DNA of 19,015 nt from Dehalococcoidia bacterium (GTDB lineage Bacteria > Chloroflexota > Dehalococcoidia > GIF9 > AB-539-J10): the NCBI GenBank assembly GCA_030612025.1, contig JAUWOR010000014.1, forward strand, positions 1-19,015, in the 5' to 3' direction. Position 1 is the stretch's first letter, and each line of letters opens with the position of its first letter. Below the pieces are notes generated by a model. It saw nothing but the letters and a program-made list of their open reading frames with translations, ran no database searches and was not told the origin of the DNA. This document shows positions 1-8,165 of the stretch, piece by piece. Position numbers and translations under genes: made by a program.

Positions 1-273
1 GCATACGATATAAGGCCAGCAGCAGATTGGGATAAAGGTAAAGCAGTAGAGTTCATTGCTCAAAAACTTACTGGTGAGGATAAACCATTGATGCTATTCC
101 TTGGCGATGATGTAACCGATTACGATGGTTTTCGCACGGTAGAGAGGAATGATGGGATTTCCATTTATATAGGCGATGCCAGCACTAAGCCTCCGGCCCA
201 ATATTTCCTATATTCACCGAAAGAAGTATATCAATTTCTTGGGATGCTAAGAGAGGTTCTTAGCGTCCGATAA
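1..273 (+). CDS. otsB: Trehalose-6-phosphate phosphatase (HAD superfamily), C-terminal part; 5' end lies outside the window
   Basis: Frame 1 is open from base 1: AYDIRPAADWDKGKAVEF...LFLGDDVTDYDGF...AQYFLYSPKEVYQFL. The WDKGKA and GDDxTD motifs are typical of OtsB. Confidence 0.85.
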   Translation, partial: AYDIRPAADWDKGKAVEFIAQKLTGEDKPLMLFLGDDVTDYDGFRTVERNDGISIYIGDASTKPPAQYFLYSPKEVYQFLGMLREVLSVR

Positions 274-347
274 TTCCCTCAGGGCCAGGATTTGGTAATA
301 ATTCACATTACTTGCACATCTAATAAAATTTGCGGAGAAAAAGCCTC

Positions 348-590
348 CTATTTCAGTCCATCAATGAGTTCCTTCTTGGGAATATTATTCCAGAGGCTTA
401 CTCTATTAAGAATATCATTCAGCGTACCCTTAGCTAGAACCTTATGCATAGGTACCGTGATAGAATGCTCACCTGCGGGTGTGACTTTCTCTAACTGAAC
501 GTGGCTCCCACGTTGCCTAATAACCTGATACCCTAAATGCTGGAGGAGCCTGATTAGCTCATGGCCACTAACTTGTGGAAGCTTTGGCAT
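348..590 (-). CDS. hicA: HicA-family mRNA interferase toxin (type II TA)
   Basis: 80 aa basic protein with MPKLP.VSG.ELIRLL..LGY...RQRGSH and ITVPMH..LAKGTL..IL, the HicA signature including the catalytic His of GSH. Confidence 0.92.
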   Translation of the reverse strand: MPKLPQVSGHELIRLLQHLGYQVIRQRGSHVQLEKVTPAGEHSITVPMHKVLAKGTLNDILNRVSLWNNIPKKELIDGLK

Positions 591-780
591 TCGTTAGTTT
601 CACTTCAGACAAGGTTAAAATGGTAATAGGTTCATCTGTGTCACCGTAGTGAACAGATACTGCTTCTCTAATATTTTGGTACAACTCATCCAACGTGCTA
701 CCTTGAGTGAAGATGTCCTCTCCTATCCCTCGGGCACACCAAAATTCACCGTCGAAGTAAGTTTCTATCTTTACCAGCAT
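568..780 (-). CDS. hicB: Short HicB-family antitoxin (70 aa, no C-terminal DNA-binding domain)
   Basis: Start reassigned to ATG 780, which has GGAG upstream. FWCARGIGEDIFTQGSTLDELYQNIREAVSVHY matches the HicB TQG-T-E-NI-EA motif. The gene overlaps the hicA start. Confidence 0.85.
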   Translation of the reverse strand: MLVKIETYFDGEFWCARGIGEDIFTQGSTLDELYQNIREAVSVHYGDTDEPITILTLSEVKLTNAKASTS

Positions 781-807
781 ATTTAAGCTCCATCTGGAAT
801 TCAGCTC

Positions 808-816
808 ATTATACCA
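808..816 (-). promoter_or_regulatory. Extended -10 promoter for hicB-hicA
   Basis: Minus strand TGGTATAAT (TGn-TATAAT), 27 nt upstream of the hicB ATG. Confidence 0.6.
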
Positions 817-889
817 GAAAACCAAAAAACTGATTGCCTTCATTTCAACAAAGCCCAAGTTCGGGTTATTCGTATCTCTCCGGTTTAGA

Positions 890-930
890 AAAATAAGTTC
901 ACTCCCCGAGCTAGGGGAAATCCGACTTTT
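890..930 (-). terminator. Possible intrinsic terminator
   Basis: Minus strand TCCCC-tagctc-GGGGA hairpin with an outer AAGT/ACTT pair, followed by ATTTTT. Confidence 0.35.
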
Positions 931-1253
931 GCGCATGTGTGGCTCATCACAGTTTTAGTAAGGGAGGGACTATGCTTTCGCTATAATGCCTGAGTCTTAG
1001 CCACATTCTGCAATAATTAGAGCTATTGCCTTATAAACCTCAGAGCTTTTGAGACCCAGCTTTCCCACTACAAAGCCTCCACAGTGCGAACTTTGCGGTC
1101 AGCCGTTGTCATGCGCACTGAAGGTAATCGAGGAAGCCCCAGGGATTATTGCTCTCAGGATGGTGTTGGTTTAGACACCTCGGCAACAGCACCAAAAATT
1201 ATAAATATGGGGCTTAGTAGATTTAACTTTCCATGAACTTGGGGCTGACTTAG

Positions 1254-1595
1254 CTAAAGCTTCCCTAATTCATCCAATAGCTTGATCACCATCAAGGACT
1301 CAGCAACCCCGGTGGTACCACTCATGGCCACCTCCACTGAGGTGGTTTCTAAGATCTCATCCTTGGTGGCTCCAGCTTCTAATGCCCGCATAGTTTGGGC
1401 TAGAATGCAATTGGTGCATCCAGCCCGGAGTGCTATGCCTAGAGACATTAACCGTTTGACCTTAACACTAAGTGCCCCCTCCTTATATACCTCAGCCCTC
1501 ACAGAATCTTGGGCTACTTTCAAAGCAGGCAGTGCCTGTCCATACTTATCAAACAGCTTCATGCGCTCATCGTTAAGTTCTAATTGGCTTTCCAT
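1254..1595 (-). CDS. Carboxymuconolactone decarboxylase / AhpD-family protein
   Basis: EGALSVKVKRLMSLGIALRAGCTNCILAQ...ALEAGATKDEILE contains the CMD core with a CxxC motif. AGGAGG SD lies upstream. Confidence 0.9.
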   Translation of the reverse strand: MESQLELNDERMKLFDKYGQALPALKVAQDSVRAEVYKEGALSVKVKRLMSLGIALRAGCTNCILAQTMRALEAGATKDEILETTSVEVAMSGTTGVAESLMVIKLLDELGKL

Positions 1596-1797
1596 AATAG
1601 TAACCTCCTTATTTACTCTTTATTAGAGACTAAAATATTCTGACCAAACCTGCAATACCACACAACGTCTTTTTGATTGAACCTCCCTCATTGCCGAGTC
1701 GCATAATCTAAGTTTGGCTCATTTTGTATCCAATCAGGCTCGGATAAAGCAAAACAGCTCTCCTAGGTAGGATTCGAAATAATTCATATTTGTCCTC

Positions 1798-2143
1798 CTA
1801 GCTCTCGATAACCTCTTTCGTGCTGGGGACTCTGCCTGAAATCCGCTCGTCAAGGCGGGTGGCTGAATCTAAGGCTCTAGGGCGAGCCTTAAATAAAGCT
1901 TCAGCTTTGTGATGGTCGTTGATACCAGTGAGCACTTTGGCATGGAGCTTAATCTTAGCTTCAGAGGCAAAGGAAACAAGAAAGTGACGGATTAAGTCAG
2001 CACATAACTCACCTATGTTAACCCTGCCAAAAGATACTTCTACAACACTGTAGGCTCTGCCCCCTATATCCACCACTTCAGACAGAGCTTCATCCATGGG
2101 AACGATAGCATATGACATGCCCAATCTCTTATGAATTCAAGCT
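1798..2143 (-). pseudogene. hisB: 5'-truncated second copy of imidazoleglycerol-phosphate dehydratase (C-terminal half only)
   Basis: Aligns to the C-terminal ~106 aa of the intact HisB at 4724-5314 (about 23 differences counted by hand, ~78% identity, one codon deletion). It lacks the N-terminal DHLL and HHVVED metal-binding motifs. Homology fades at about 2143. Confidence 0.88.
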
Positions 2144-2175
2144 AAAATCATAGTAAACAGAGGCTTGTAAATAAT

Positions 2176-3867
2176 TTACATTCTACCATGCCTCAGTATT
2201 GAAATAAGCAGCCAAAAGCCCATTATGCCAGCCCCAAGAAAACCAATTATTCCAATGATAGGTATCCCATTCCACTTAGGTGGGATTCCTGACACAACGA
2301 TAAGAGAAGAGCCGATAACCAAAGAAGCTAAAACAATCGCGAATGCAATGCGATTGCTGATTTGGTCGCCTTTCCTGAGCGAGGGCTCCAGCCCTTTGTG
2401 CTCAAACTCTATCTTGAATTGTCCAACCTTGATTTGCTCAATTATATCCCTTATTTCTGAGGGAAGGTCACGAAGCAAAAGACTGAGTTCCGTAGCTGCC
2501 AAATATGTATCCTTTGCCAATCTGCGAGGACTTAGACGAGCTTTTAACAATTTTTGGGCAAACGGCTCCATATGTTTCACCATATTAAAATCCGGGTCCA
2601 ATACCCTACCTACACCCTCAATGCTCACCAAGGCTTTTACCAGCAAGTAAAGATTAGGTGGCATTTTCAGTTTGTAACCAACAAACAACTTAATCACTTC
2701 GTTCAACAATTGGCCCATATTTATGTCTTTTAGTGGTAAATAAGAATACTGGTCTACCAATTCACCTACTTGATATTCCAGTTGGTCAATGTTCTCAATA
2801 CGCCTGCTGTTTGATAATTGTAGGAAAGTTTTTGTTATTCTTTTTGCGTCTCTGTTAACTATTCCAACGATAATACTGCTGAGATATTCTCCGTGCTTAG
2901 GTAACAGCCTCCCCATCATACCGAAATCAATAAAGCAGATAATATTGTTATCCAACACCAGGATATTGCCGGCGTGAGGGTCAGCGTGAAAAAAACCATG
3001 TTCAAACACCTGCTTAAGAACAAGATCAGTCCCCCAGCTTGCAATAGTTTTAGGGTCATTCCCCGATTTTAACAATGCATCAATATTAGAGACTTTGATG
3101 CCATCAATAAATTCCATTGTGAGAATTTTTCTTGTAGTATAGTTTCTATAAACTTTTGGCACGTGGATAGTCTGAACTCTCCGAAAATTGCTGCCAAAAC
3201 GTTCAATGTGTGTGGCCTCAATAGTGAAGTCTATTTCCTTTCTGATACTGCGCTCAAATTCGTTAACTATGCCCACAGGATTTAATATATCCATCCCCTG
3301 CAGGTGTTTTTCCATCAGTGTAGCAAGATGAAGCATTATCTCTAGGTCAACTTCAATAATCTGTTCTATCCTTGGACGTTGAACTTTGACGACGACTTTT
3401 TCTCCACCCTGGAGTACGGCTTCATGGACTTGTGCTATTGAGGCTGAAGCAATAGGAGTATCCGTGAATTCATTGAAAAGTCCGGATATAGGTTTACCGA
3501 GTTCCTGTTCAACTGATCGCTTCGCTTCTTCCCCCGAAAAAGGAGGCACAGAATCCTGAAGTTTCTCAAGCTCAACAATAAGTTCGTGAGGCAATAGATC
3601 AGGCCTGCTACTCATTATCTGGCCAGCTTTTACAAAAGTCGGACCAAGTTCCTCCAGCACTATTCTCATCCGTTCCCAGCGGGAAAAAGATGCAATCTCC
3701 TTACCTCCTTTCCTTAGGAGGACTTTCTTACCAAGATCAACGTATTTCTCTAAATGAGTCCTAGTTATCAGATCTCCAAAACCGTACTTAACCAATACAA
3801 CAATTATTTCTCTGTAACGGTTAATGTGACGATATGAATGAGTTATCACCCGAACTCTACGAATCAT
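2176..3867 (-). CDS. ABC1/AarF/UbiB-family atypical protein kinase with C-terminal TM helices
   Basis: Motifs LGPTFVKAGQ, ASASIAQVH, VVKVQRP, FFHADPHAGN and IDFGMMG, plus two hydrophobic C-terminal helices. Confidence 0.93.
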   Translation of the reverse strand: MIRRVRVITHSYRHINRYREIIVVLVKYGFGDLITRTHLEKYVDLGKKVLLRKGGKEIASFSRWERMRIVLEELGPTFVKAGQIMSSRPDLLPHELIVELEKLQDSVPPFSGEEAKRSVEQELGKPISGLFNEFTDTPIASASIAQVHEAVLQGGEKVVVKVQRPRIEQIIEVDLEIMLHLATLMEKHLQGMDILNPVGIVNEFERSIRKEIDFTIEATHIERFGSNFRRVQTIHVPKVYRNYTTRKILTMEFIDGIKVSNIDALLKSGNDPKTIASWGTDLVLKQVFEHGFFHADPHAGNILVLDNNIICFIDFGMMGRLLPKHGEYLSSIIVGIVNRDAKRITKTFLQLSNSRRIENIDQLEYQVGELVDQYSYLPLKDINMGQLLNEVIKLFVGYKLKMPPNLYLLVKALVSIEGVGRVLDPDFNMVKHMEPFAQKLLKARLSPRRLAKDTYLAATELSLLLRDLPSEIRDIIEQIKVGQFKIEFEHKGLEPSLRKGDQISNRIAFAIVLASLVIGSSLIVVSGIPPKWNGIPIIGIIGFLGAGIMGFWLLISILRHGRM

Positions 3868-3899
3868 TCTTTTGCCATACGATAGCGTTTAATAGGGAA

Positions 3900-3908
3900 A
3901 GTATACCA
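3900..3908 (-). promoter_or_regulatory. Extended -10 element upstream of the ABC1 kinase gene
   Basis: Minus strand TGGTATACT about 33 nt upstream of ATG 3867. Confidence 0.4.
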
Positions 3909-4219
3909 TGTGAAGAGAACCGCTTCATGCATTAGAAAGAGAAAGGGGCAAAAGTTAAGCGAACAAGTGACTGAACTTCATACAAGAATGGCAAACTGAA
4001 AGGTATGCTCACTAAGGAGCAGGCAACAAATCGCCTTCTGTAAATGCTTATTAAATGATGCGCCGCAAAAGCCAACACCGACTAGAGAAGGTAAGTAGAA
4101 AGACTGGCAAATCTCTAAACTAGTTATACTACAGGAAGGCTAAAAACTTCCCCAAGCCTGCAGCACTGTAAGAAGACTTCTGGACCACGGGAACCAGACC
4201 ATTCGCAGTATACTTATTG

Positions 4220-4531
4220 TCAGGAACTGCTACCCCTCTTTTCCCTCAACTTTTCCAGTTCTTCTACACGACTTTCGAGTTTCTGCAAATCCTGACGTGA
4301 TGGAATATCCAGTTTCCCTAAAGCGCTCTTCACAACTTTATCAATTCGAGTTTCCAGATTTCGTTTGGCCTCCTCTGATTGGTTCAGCAGGTCTTTAGCT
4401 AACTTTCTACCCTCTTCCTCAGTGAGGTTGCTCTCTTCGCTAATTTTTTTCGCCACCTCCTCAATCTTATCCTTTGTCATATAGGCAAGGCCAATTCCTG
4501 TTAAAACCGTTTTTCTGAGTAAATCTACCAT
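4220..4531 (-). CDS. Phasin-like (polyhydroxyalkanoate-regulator-like) coiled-coil protein, a common upstream partner of ABC1 kinases
   Basis: Start reassigned to ATG 4531 after GGAGGAG. Sequence LRKTVLTGIGLAYMTKDKIEE...LTEEEGRKL...LDIPSRQDLQKLESRVEELE fits the family. Confidence 0.8.
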   Translation of the reverse strand: MVDLLRKTVLTGIGLAYMTKDKIEEVAKKISEESNLTEEEGRKLAKDLLNQSEEAKRNLETRIDKVVKSALGKLDIPSRQDLQKLESRVEELEKLREKRGSSS

Positions 4532-4582
4532 AACATCTCCTCCTTTGATTTTCATAAACCCTTTCTTAGTCTATCAAACATC

Positions 4583-4610
4583 ATTATAGCAAGAATATTT
4601 CAGATTGCAA
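4583..4610 (-). promoter_or_regulatory. Sigma70-type promoter of the phasin-like gene
   Basis: Minus strand TTGCAA-N16-TATAAT, with the extended TG (TGCTATAAT). Confidence 0.6.
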
Positions 4611-4723
4611 AGAACAGCCTCTAAATGAGAATCCCTATTCTCTCCTGCTTACAAACATCTTGGCATCATATGGACGCATGTCTTCCCAGAAGAGCTAGGT
4701 GTCCGCTGATTCAACCCCCTCCT

Positions 4724-5314
4724 CTAGCTCTCAATAATCTCTTTGGTGCTGGGAACTCTACCAATAATTCGCTCATCAATATGGGTGGCCGAATCCAGGG
4801 CTCGGGCTAGAGCTTTAAATAATGCTTCAGCCTTGTGATGGTCGTTGACGCCGGTGAGCACTTTGGCATGAAGGTTAATTCTAGCCTCGGAGGCAAAGGA
4901 AACAAGGAAATGACGGATTAAATCAGCTTCCAAATCACCTATGTTAGCCTCGCTGAAGGATACTTCTGTCACATTGTAAGTTCTCCCCCCTACATCCACT
5001 GCTACTGCTGCCAGAGCTTCATCCATGGGCACGATAGCATGTGCCATTCGGGTAATGCCTCGCTTTTCTCCTATTGCTTGATTCAAGGCTTTACCCATCG
5101 CAATAGCTACATCCTCGACTACATGGTGCTGGTCGGCACCTGTGGCTGAGAGTTTTATGTCAAATACTCCATGCTGAGCTAGTTGAGCCAGAAGATGGTC
5201 AAACATCCTTACGCCTGTAGTTATCTCGAATTGCCCACTGCCATCAACATTCAGCTCCACCCTGACATTCGTTTCCGCAGTTTCACGAGTTACTGTTGCT
5301 TTTCTTTCAGGCAT
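4724..5314 (-). CDS. hisB: Imidazoleglycerol-phosphate dehydratase
   Basis: RETAET, MFDHLL, DQHHVVED, NDHHKAEALFKA and VPSTK motifs. AGGAGG SD; last gene of the his operon. Confidence 0.97.
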   Translation of the reverse strand: MPERKATVTRETAETNVRVELNVDGSGQFEITTGVRMFDHLLAQLAQHGVFDIKLSATGADQHHVVEDVAIAMGKALNQAIGEKRGITRMAHAIVPMDEALAAVAVDVGGRTYNVTEVSFSEANIGDLEADLIRHFLVSFASEARINLHAKVLTGVNDHHKAEALFKALARALDSATHIDERIIGRVPSTKEIIES

Positions 5315-5332
5315 GGTTCAATTCCTCCTTTA

Positions 5333-5367
5333 GAGATTGCTTCGTCGCTTTGCTCCTCGCAATGACA
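5333..5367. repeat. TGTCA-tagged REP-like element, subtype A (intergenic, hisC-hisB)
   Basis: GAGATTGCTTCGTCGCTTTGCTCCTCGCAATGACA; 33/34 nt identical to 8858-8891. Confidence 0.85.
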
Positions 5368-5408
5368 AAGAGGGTAAGCGCACAATGACAAGAAGACATA
5401 TTGCTACC

Positions 5409-6587
5409 TTAACACATTCCTTTTAATGCCTCAATTAAGGCATCGGTGTCCTCAGGTTTACCCACGCTTATTCGCAGATAATTTCTTAATCGTGGGCTAT
5501 CAAAATAGCGGACAAAGATGCCTCTTTTTTGCAACAAACGCCAAATCTCTTTAGCCAGAGATTCTTCGCCGAGCTTACCCTGAGCGAGATTCTTCGGTCG
5601 CTGTCCCTTCCTCTTCACTTCTTTCAGAGTCAGGGCTTCGGCTAACCCCTCAGAATGACAATGTAAGGAGCAGAGGATAAAATTAGCACTGGAAGGATAG
5701 GGTTTTAGCCATTCTAGCTCTTTTAGTTTATTAAAAAGCCGTTCCCGTTCAGCAACTATTTTTGCTACATTGCCACGAAGATACTCTATATCTGACAGAG
5801 AAGCTAAGGCGGCTGCCTGTGCTGCGACATTAACATTATATGGTTGCTTAATCTTCATAAGGTAGCTGGCAATTTCAGTAGGGAAGATACCATAGCCTAT
5901 TCTTAAACCGGCTAGCCCGGCCCATTTGCTGAATGTACGCAGCACTATCAAGTTGGAATAGTTAGGCACTAAATTAGCCATAGTGACATTGCTAAACTCA
6001 AAGTAAGCTTCATCCACCATCACAATTTTCCCAGTGTTGACAAGTTCCATTATCTCCTGCTCAGTAATAATGTTGCCCGTAGGATTATTAGGTGAAGCAA
6101 CAGAGATAACCTTAGTCTTTTTATCCAATACACTCTTAATGCCAGCTAAATCGATAGCAAAATCTCCACCTCTAGGTACATCAACCACTTTACCACCACA
6201 CACCTCAGTACTAAAGGGATACATACCAAATGTTGGTGGACAATTGATAACCTTATCGCCAGGTTTAAGGAAAAGCCTCAGAACAAGATCAATTAGTTCA
6301 TCACTGCCGCTGCCACAAACAATGTGCTCACGATTTGAGCCGGTATATTTCTCTAAGGCTTGTCTAAGCCTTCTTTGTTCCGGGTCGGGGTAGATATAAT
6401 AGTAAGGGTAGTTAGCTAAAGCTTGATAGACTTTGGGGGAGCAACCGTAAGGATTCTCATTGCCATCGAGTTTAATTATCCTTTCTACAGATAATTCAGC
6501 CCGCTGGCTCAAAATATCCATTGGCTCAATAGGAGTGTAGCTTTTCATAGTTATCAATTCAGGCCTGATTAGTTCTTTCATATCCAT
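5409..6587 (-). CDS. hisC: Histidinol-phosphate aminotransferase with an in-frame ~34-codon repeat-derived insertion
   Basis: KLDGNENPYG, GSGSDELI, SPNNPTG, VDEAYFEF, LRTFSKWAGLAGLRIGY (PLP Lys) and LRISVG. Likely start is ATG 6587 or 6581 rather than 6623. Confidence 0.95.
   Translation of the reverse strand: MDMKELIRPELITMKSYTPIEPMDILSQRAELSVERIIKLDGNENPYGCSPKVYQALANYPYYYIYPDPEQRRLRQALEKYTGSNREHIVCGSGSDELIDLVLRLFLKPGDKVINCPPTFGMYPFSTEVCGGKVVDVPRGGDFAIDLAGIKSVLDKKTKVISVASPNNPTGNIITEQEIMELVNTGKIVMVDEAYFEFSNVTMANLVPNYSNLIVLRTFSKWAGLAGLRIGYGIFPTEIASYLMKIKQPYNVNVAAQAAALASLSDIEYLRGNVAKIVAERERLFNKLKELEWLKPYPSSANFILCSLHCHSEGLAEALTLKEVKRKGQRPKNLAQGKLGEESLAKEIWRLLQKRGIFVRYFDSPRLRNYLRISVGKPEDTDALIEALKGMC
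5558..5660. repeat. Composite REP-like element, subtype B, inserted in-frame inside hisC
   Basis: Two GAGATTCTTCG copies (5558-5568, 5586-5596), ACCCTGAGCG (5577-5586) and CTCAGAATGACA (5649-5660). These blocks are reverse complements of parts of the intergenic element at 16553-16617. Confidence 0.8.
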
Positions 6588-6607
6588 TTCAACTAAAACC
6601 AAATGGT

Positions 6608-6696
6608 AAAAATAAAAAATCAAAAGGACAACTCAAAATGTAAAACTTTTTATTTTTGCTCTGTATTTTTGCCTTTTGCATTTTAATCTTTTATTT
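6608..6696. repeat. AT-rich imperfect inverted repeat with ~7-nt periodic A/T tracts (hisD-hisC spacer)
   Basis: Left arm AAAAATAAAAAATCAAAAGGACAACTCAAAATGTAAAA faces right arm TTTTTATTTTTGCTCTGTATTTTTGCCTTTTGCATTTTAATCTTTTATTT. Confidence 0.6.
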
Positions 6697-6749
6697 AGCT
6701 CTCGTCCTTTTTCGTAGAGAGGCATCTCCCATTAAGGGAGAGCAAAATA

Positions 6750-8084
6750 TTACTTAAGATTTCCTTGCACTCTTATCCTTCTTTCTATTGCTTGAGCGTG
6801 GGCATCCAACCCCTCAGCTTTAGCTATTACCATGGCTGCTTGGCTTAGTTCTCGCATAGTCGCCTTGTCTAGAGCGACAATATTGGTAATTTTTAGGAAA
6901 TCCTCAACACCTAAAGAGGAGCTAAAGCGAGCACTGCCTTGGGTAGGCAATACATGTGATGGACCAGCAATATAATCCCCTAAAACCACTGGTGAATCTT
7001 CTCCAATAAAAATACAGCCCGCATTATGAATCTTGGGCATTATGGAGGAGGCATCAGATACCATGAGAGAAAGATGCTCTGGAGCATAAAGGTTGACCAG
7101 TTCGATAGCCTCATCAAAGTTATTGACCAATATAATCATTCCTCTATCAATAGCCTGGGTAGCGATAGAGCGGCGTTTCAGCTTCCCTAATTGCGCTACC
7201 ACCTCTCCATCAACTTGATTAGCCAGACCAGACGAAGTAGTAATCAAAATCGCCTGCGCTAAAGGGTCATGCTCAGCTTGAGCTAGAAGGTCAGCGGCGC
7301 AAAGTGAAGGGTTAGCTGTCTCATCAGCCACAATCACTATCTCGCTTGGTCCTTGAAGTCCATCAATAGCCACTGTGCCATAGACCATTTTCTTAGCCAA
7401 GGTCACAAAGATATTGCCGGGGCCACAGATTTTGTCCACTTTGGGTATTGACTCAGTCCCGAAAGCTAAAGCAGCGATAGCTTGAGCCCCGCCAACTTTG
7501 AAAATACGATCGGCCTTCGCAATATCAGCCGCTACCAATGTAGGTGCCGGGATGCTGCCATTTTTACCAGGTGGCGAAGCCACGATAATCTCCCTGACCC
7601 CAGCTATCTTAGCTGGTATGGCTGTCATTAGCACCGTAGATGGATAGGTGGCGGTACCACCTGGAATATATAAACCCACTCTATCTAGTGGCTGGACTTG
7701 CCTTGCTAAATATTGGTTAACAAATACAGTGCCACTCTTACAGGCACAAGCAAGATGGAAATCTCGTATTCTCTTAGCTGCTAATTCAAGTGCTGAGACA
7801 AGTCCCTTGCCTACTATATCGTAGGCTGCTGAAATTTCTTGCTTGCCTACCTCTAAGGAATCAAGTTCGACAGCATCTAACTTTTTAGCGTAATGGAAAA
7901 GAGCTTCATCACCTTTATCACGAACGTCACCAATGATACGTTCCACTACTTCTTTGGGGGAAAGTTCTTCTCCAAAGACGTGCTTTATTTGTGTTGCCAC
8001 TTGCGGCGAGACAATGAAAGATTCCAGAAAAGTTTTTCTGGTCAGCAATTGTCTTGCCTTATTAAATCCTTTGACTCTTATCAT
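6750..8084 (-). CDS. hisD: Histidinol dehydrogenase
   Basis: VGLYIPGG, YPSTVLM, GGAQAIAALAFGTESIPKVDKICGPGN, GPSEI, QAEHD, APEHL and GDYIAGPSHVLPT. Confidence 0.97.
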   Translation of the reverse strand: MIRVKGFNKARQLLTRKTFLESFIVSPQVATQIKHVFGEELSPKEVVERIIGDVRDKGDEALFHYAKKLDAVELDSLEVGKQEISAAYDIVGKGLVSALELAAKRIRDFHLACACKSGTVFVNQYLARQVQPLDRVGLYIPGGTATYPSTVLMTAIPAKIAGVREIIVASPPGKNGSIPAPTLVAADIAKADRIFKVGGAQAIAALAFGTESIPKVDKICGPGNIFVTLAKKMVYGTVAIDGLQGPSEIVIVADETANPSLCAADLLAQAEHDPLAQAILITTSSGLANQVDGEVVAQLGKLKRRSIATQAIDRGMIILVNNFDEAIELVNLYAPEHLSLMVSDASSIMPKIHNAGCIFIGEDSPVVLGDYIAGPSHVLPTQGSARFSSSLGVEDFLKITNIVALDKATMRELSQAAMVIAKAEGLDAHAQAIERRIRVQGNLK

Positions 8085-8094
8085 GATAATCTTT

Positions 8095-8151
8095 TCACCC
8101 TCACCTTAATCCTCTCCCGTCAAGGCAGAGGAGAATTGGCCCGCAATGACA
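8095..8151. repeat. Composite palindromic repeat: CCCTCACC..CCTCTCCC..AGAGG hairpin plus a CGCAATGACA end of subtype A
   Basis: TCACCCTCACCTTAATCCTCTCCCGTCAAGGCAGAGGAGA followed by CGCAATGACA (8142-8151) in the hisG-hisD spacer. Confidence 0.6.
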
Positions 8152-8165
8152 AAAGGGGGAGTTAA

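Noticed and set aside
781-936. N-terminal extension of HicB in the ORF track (122 aa)
   Set aside because: It covers the promoter and SD; ATG 780 gives a canonical HicB.
997-1170. Minus-strand frame ...FSAHDNG-TGA-PQSSHCGG...AECG suggesting a selenoprotein read-through
   Set aside because: No convincing start codon or SD before the upstream in-frame TAA, no recognisable selenoprotein family and no clear SECIS.
3910-4219. Possible gene remnant or sRNA in the long phasin-kinase spacer (e.g. plus-strand YKNGKLKGMLTKEQATNRLL)
   Set aside because: Short, no recognisable family, and no convincing start or structure.
6588-6623. Longer HisC N-terminus (MIFYFYHLVLVE)
   Set aside because: It derives from the AT-rich repeat region; HisC-like sequence starts at MKELIRP.
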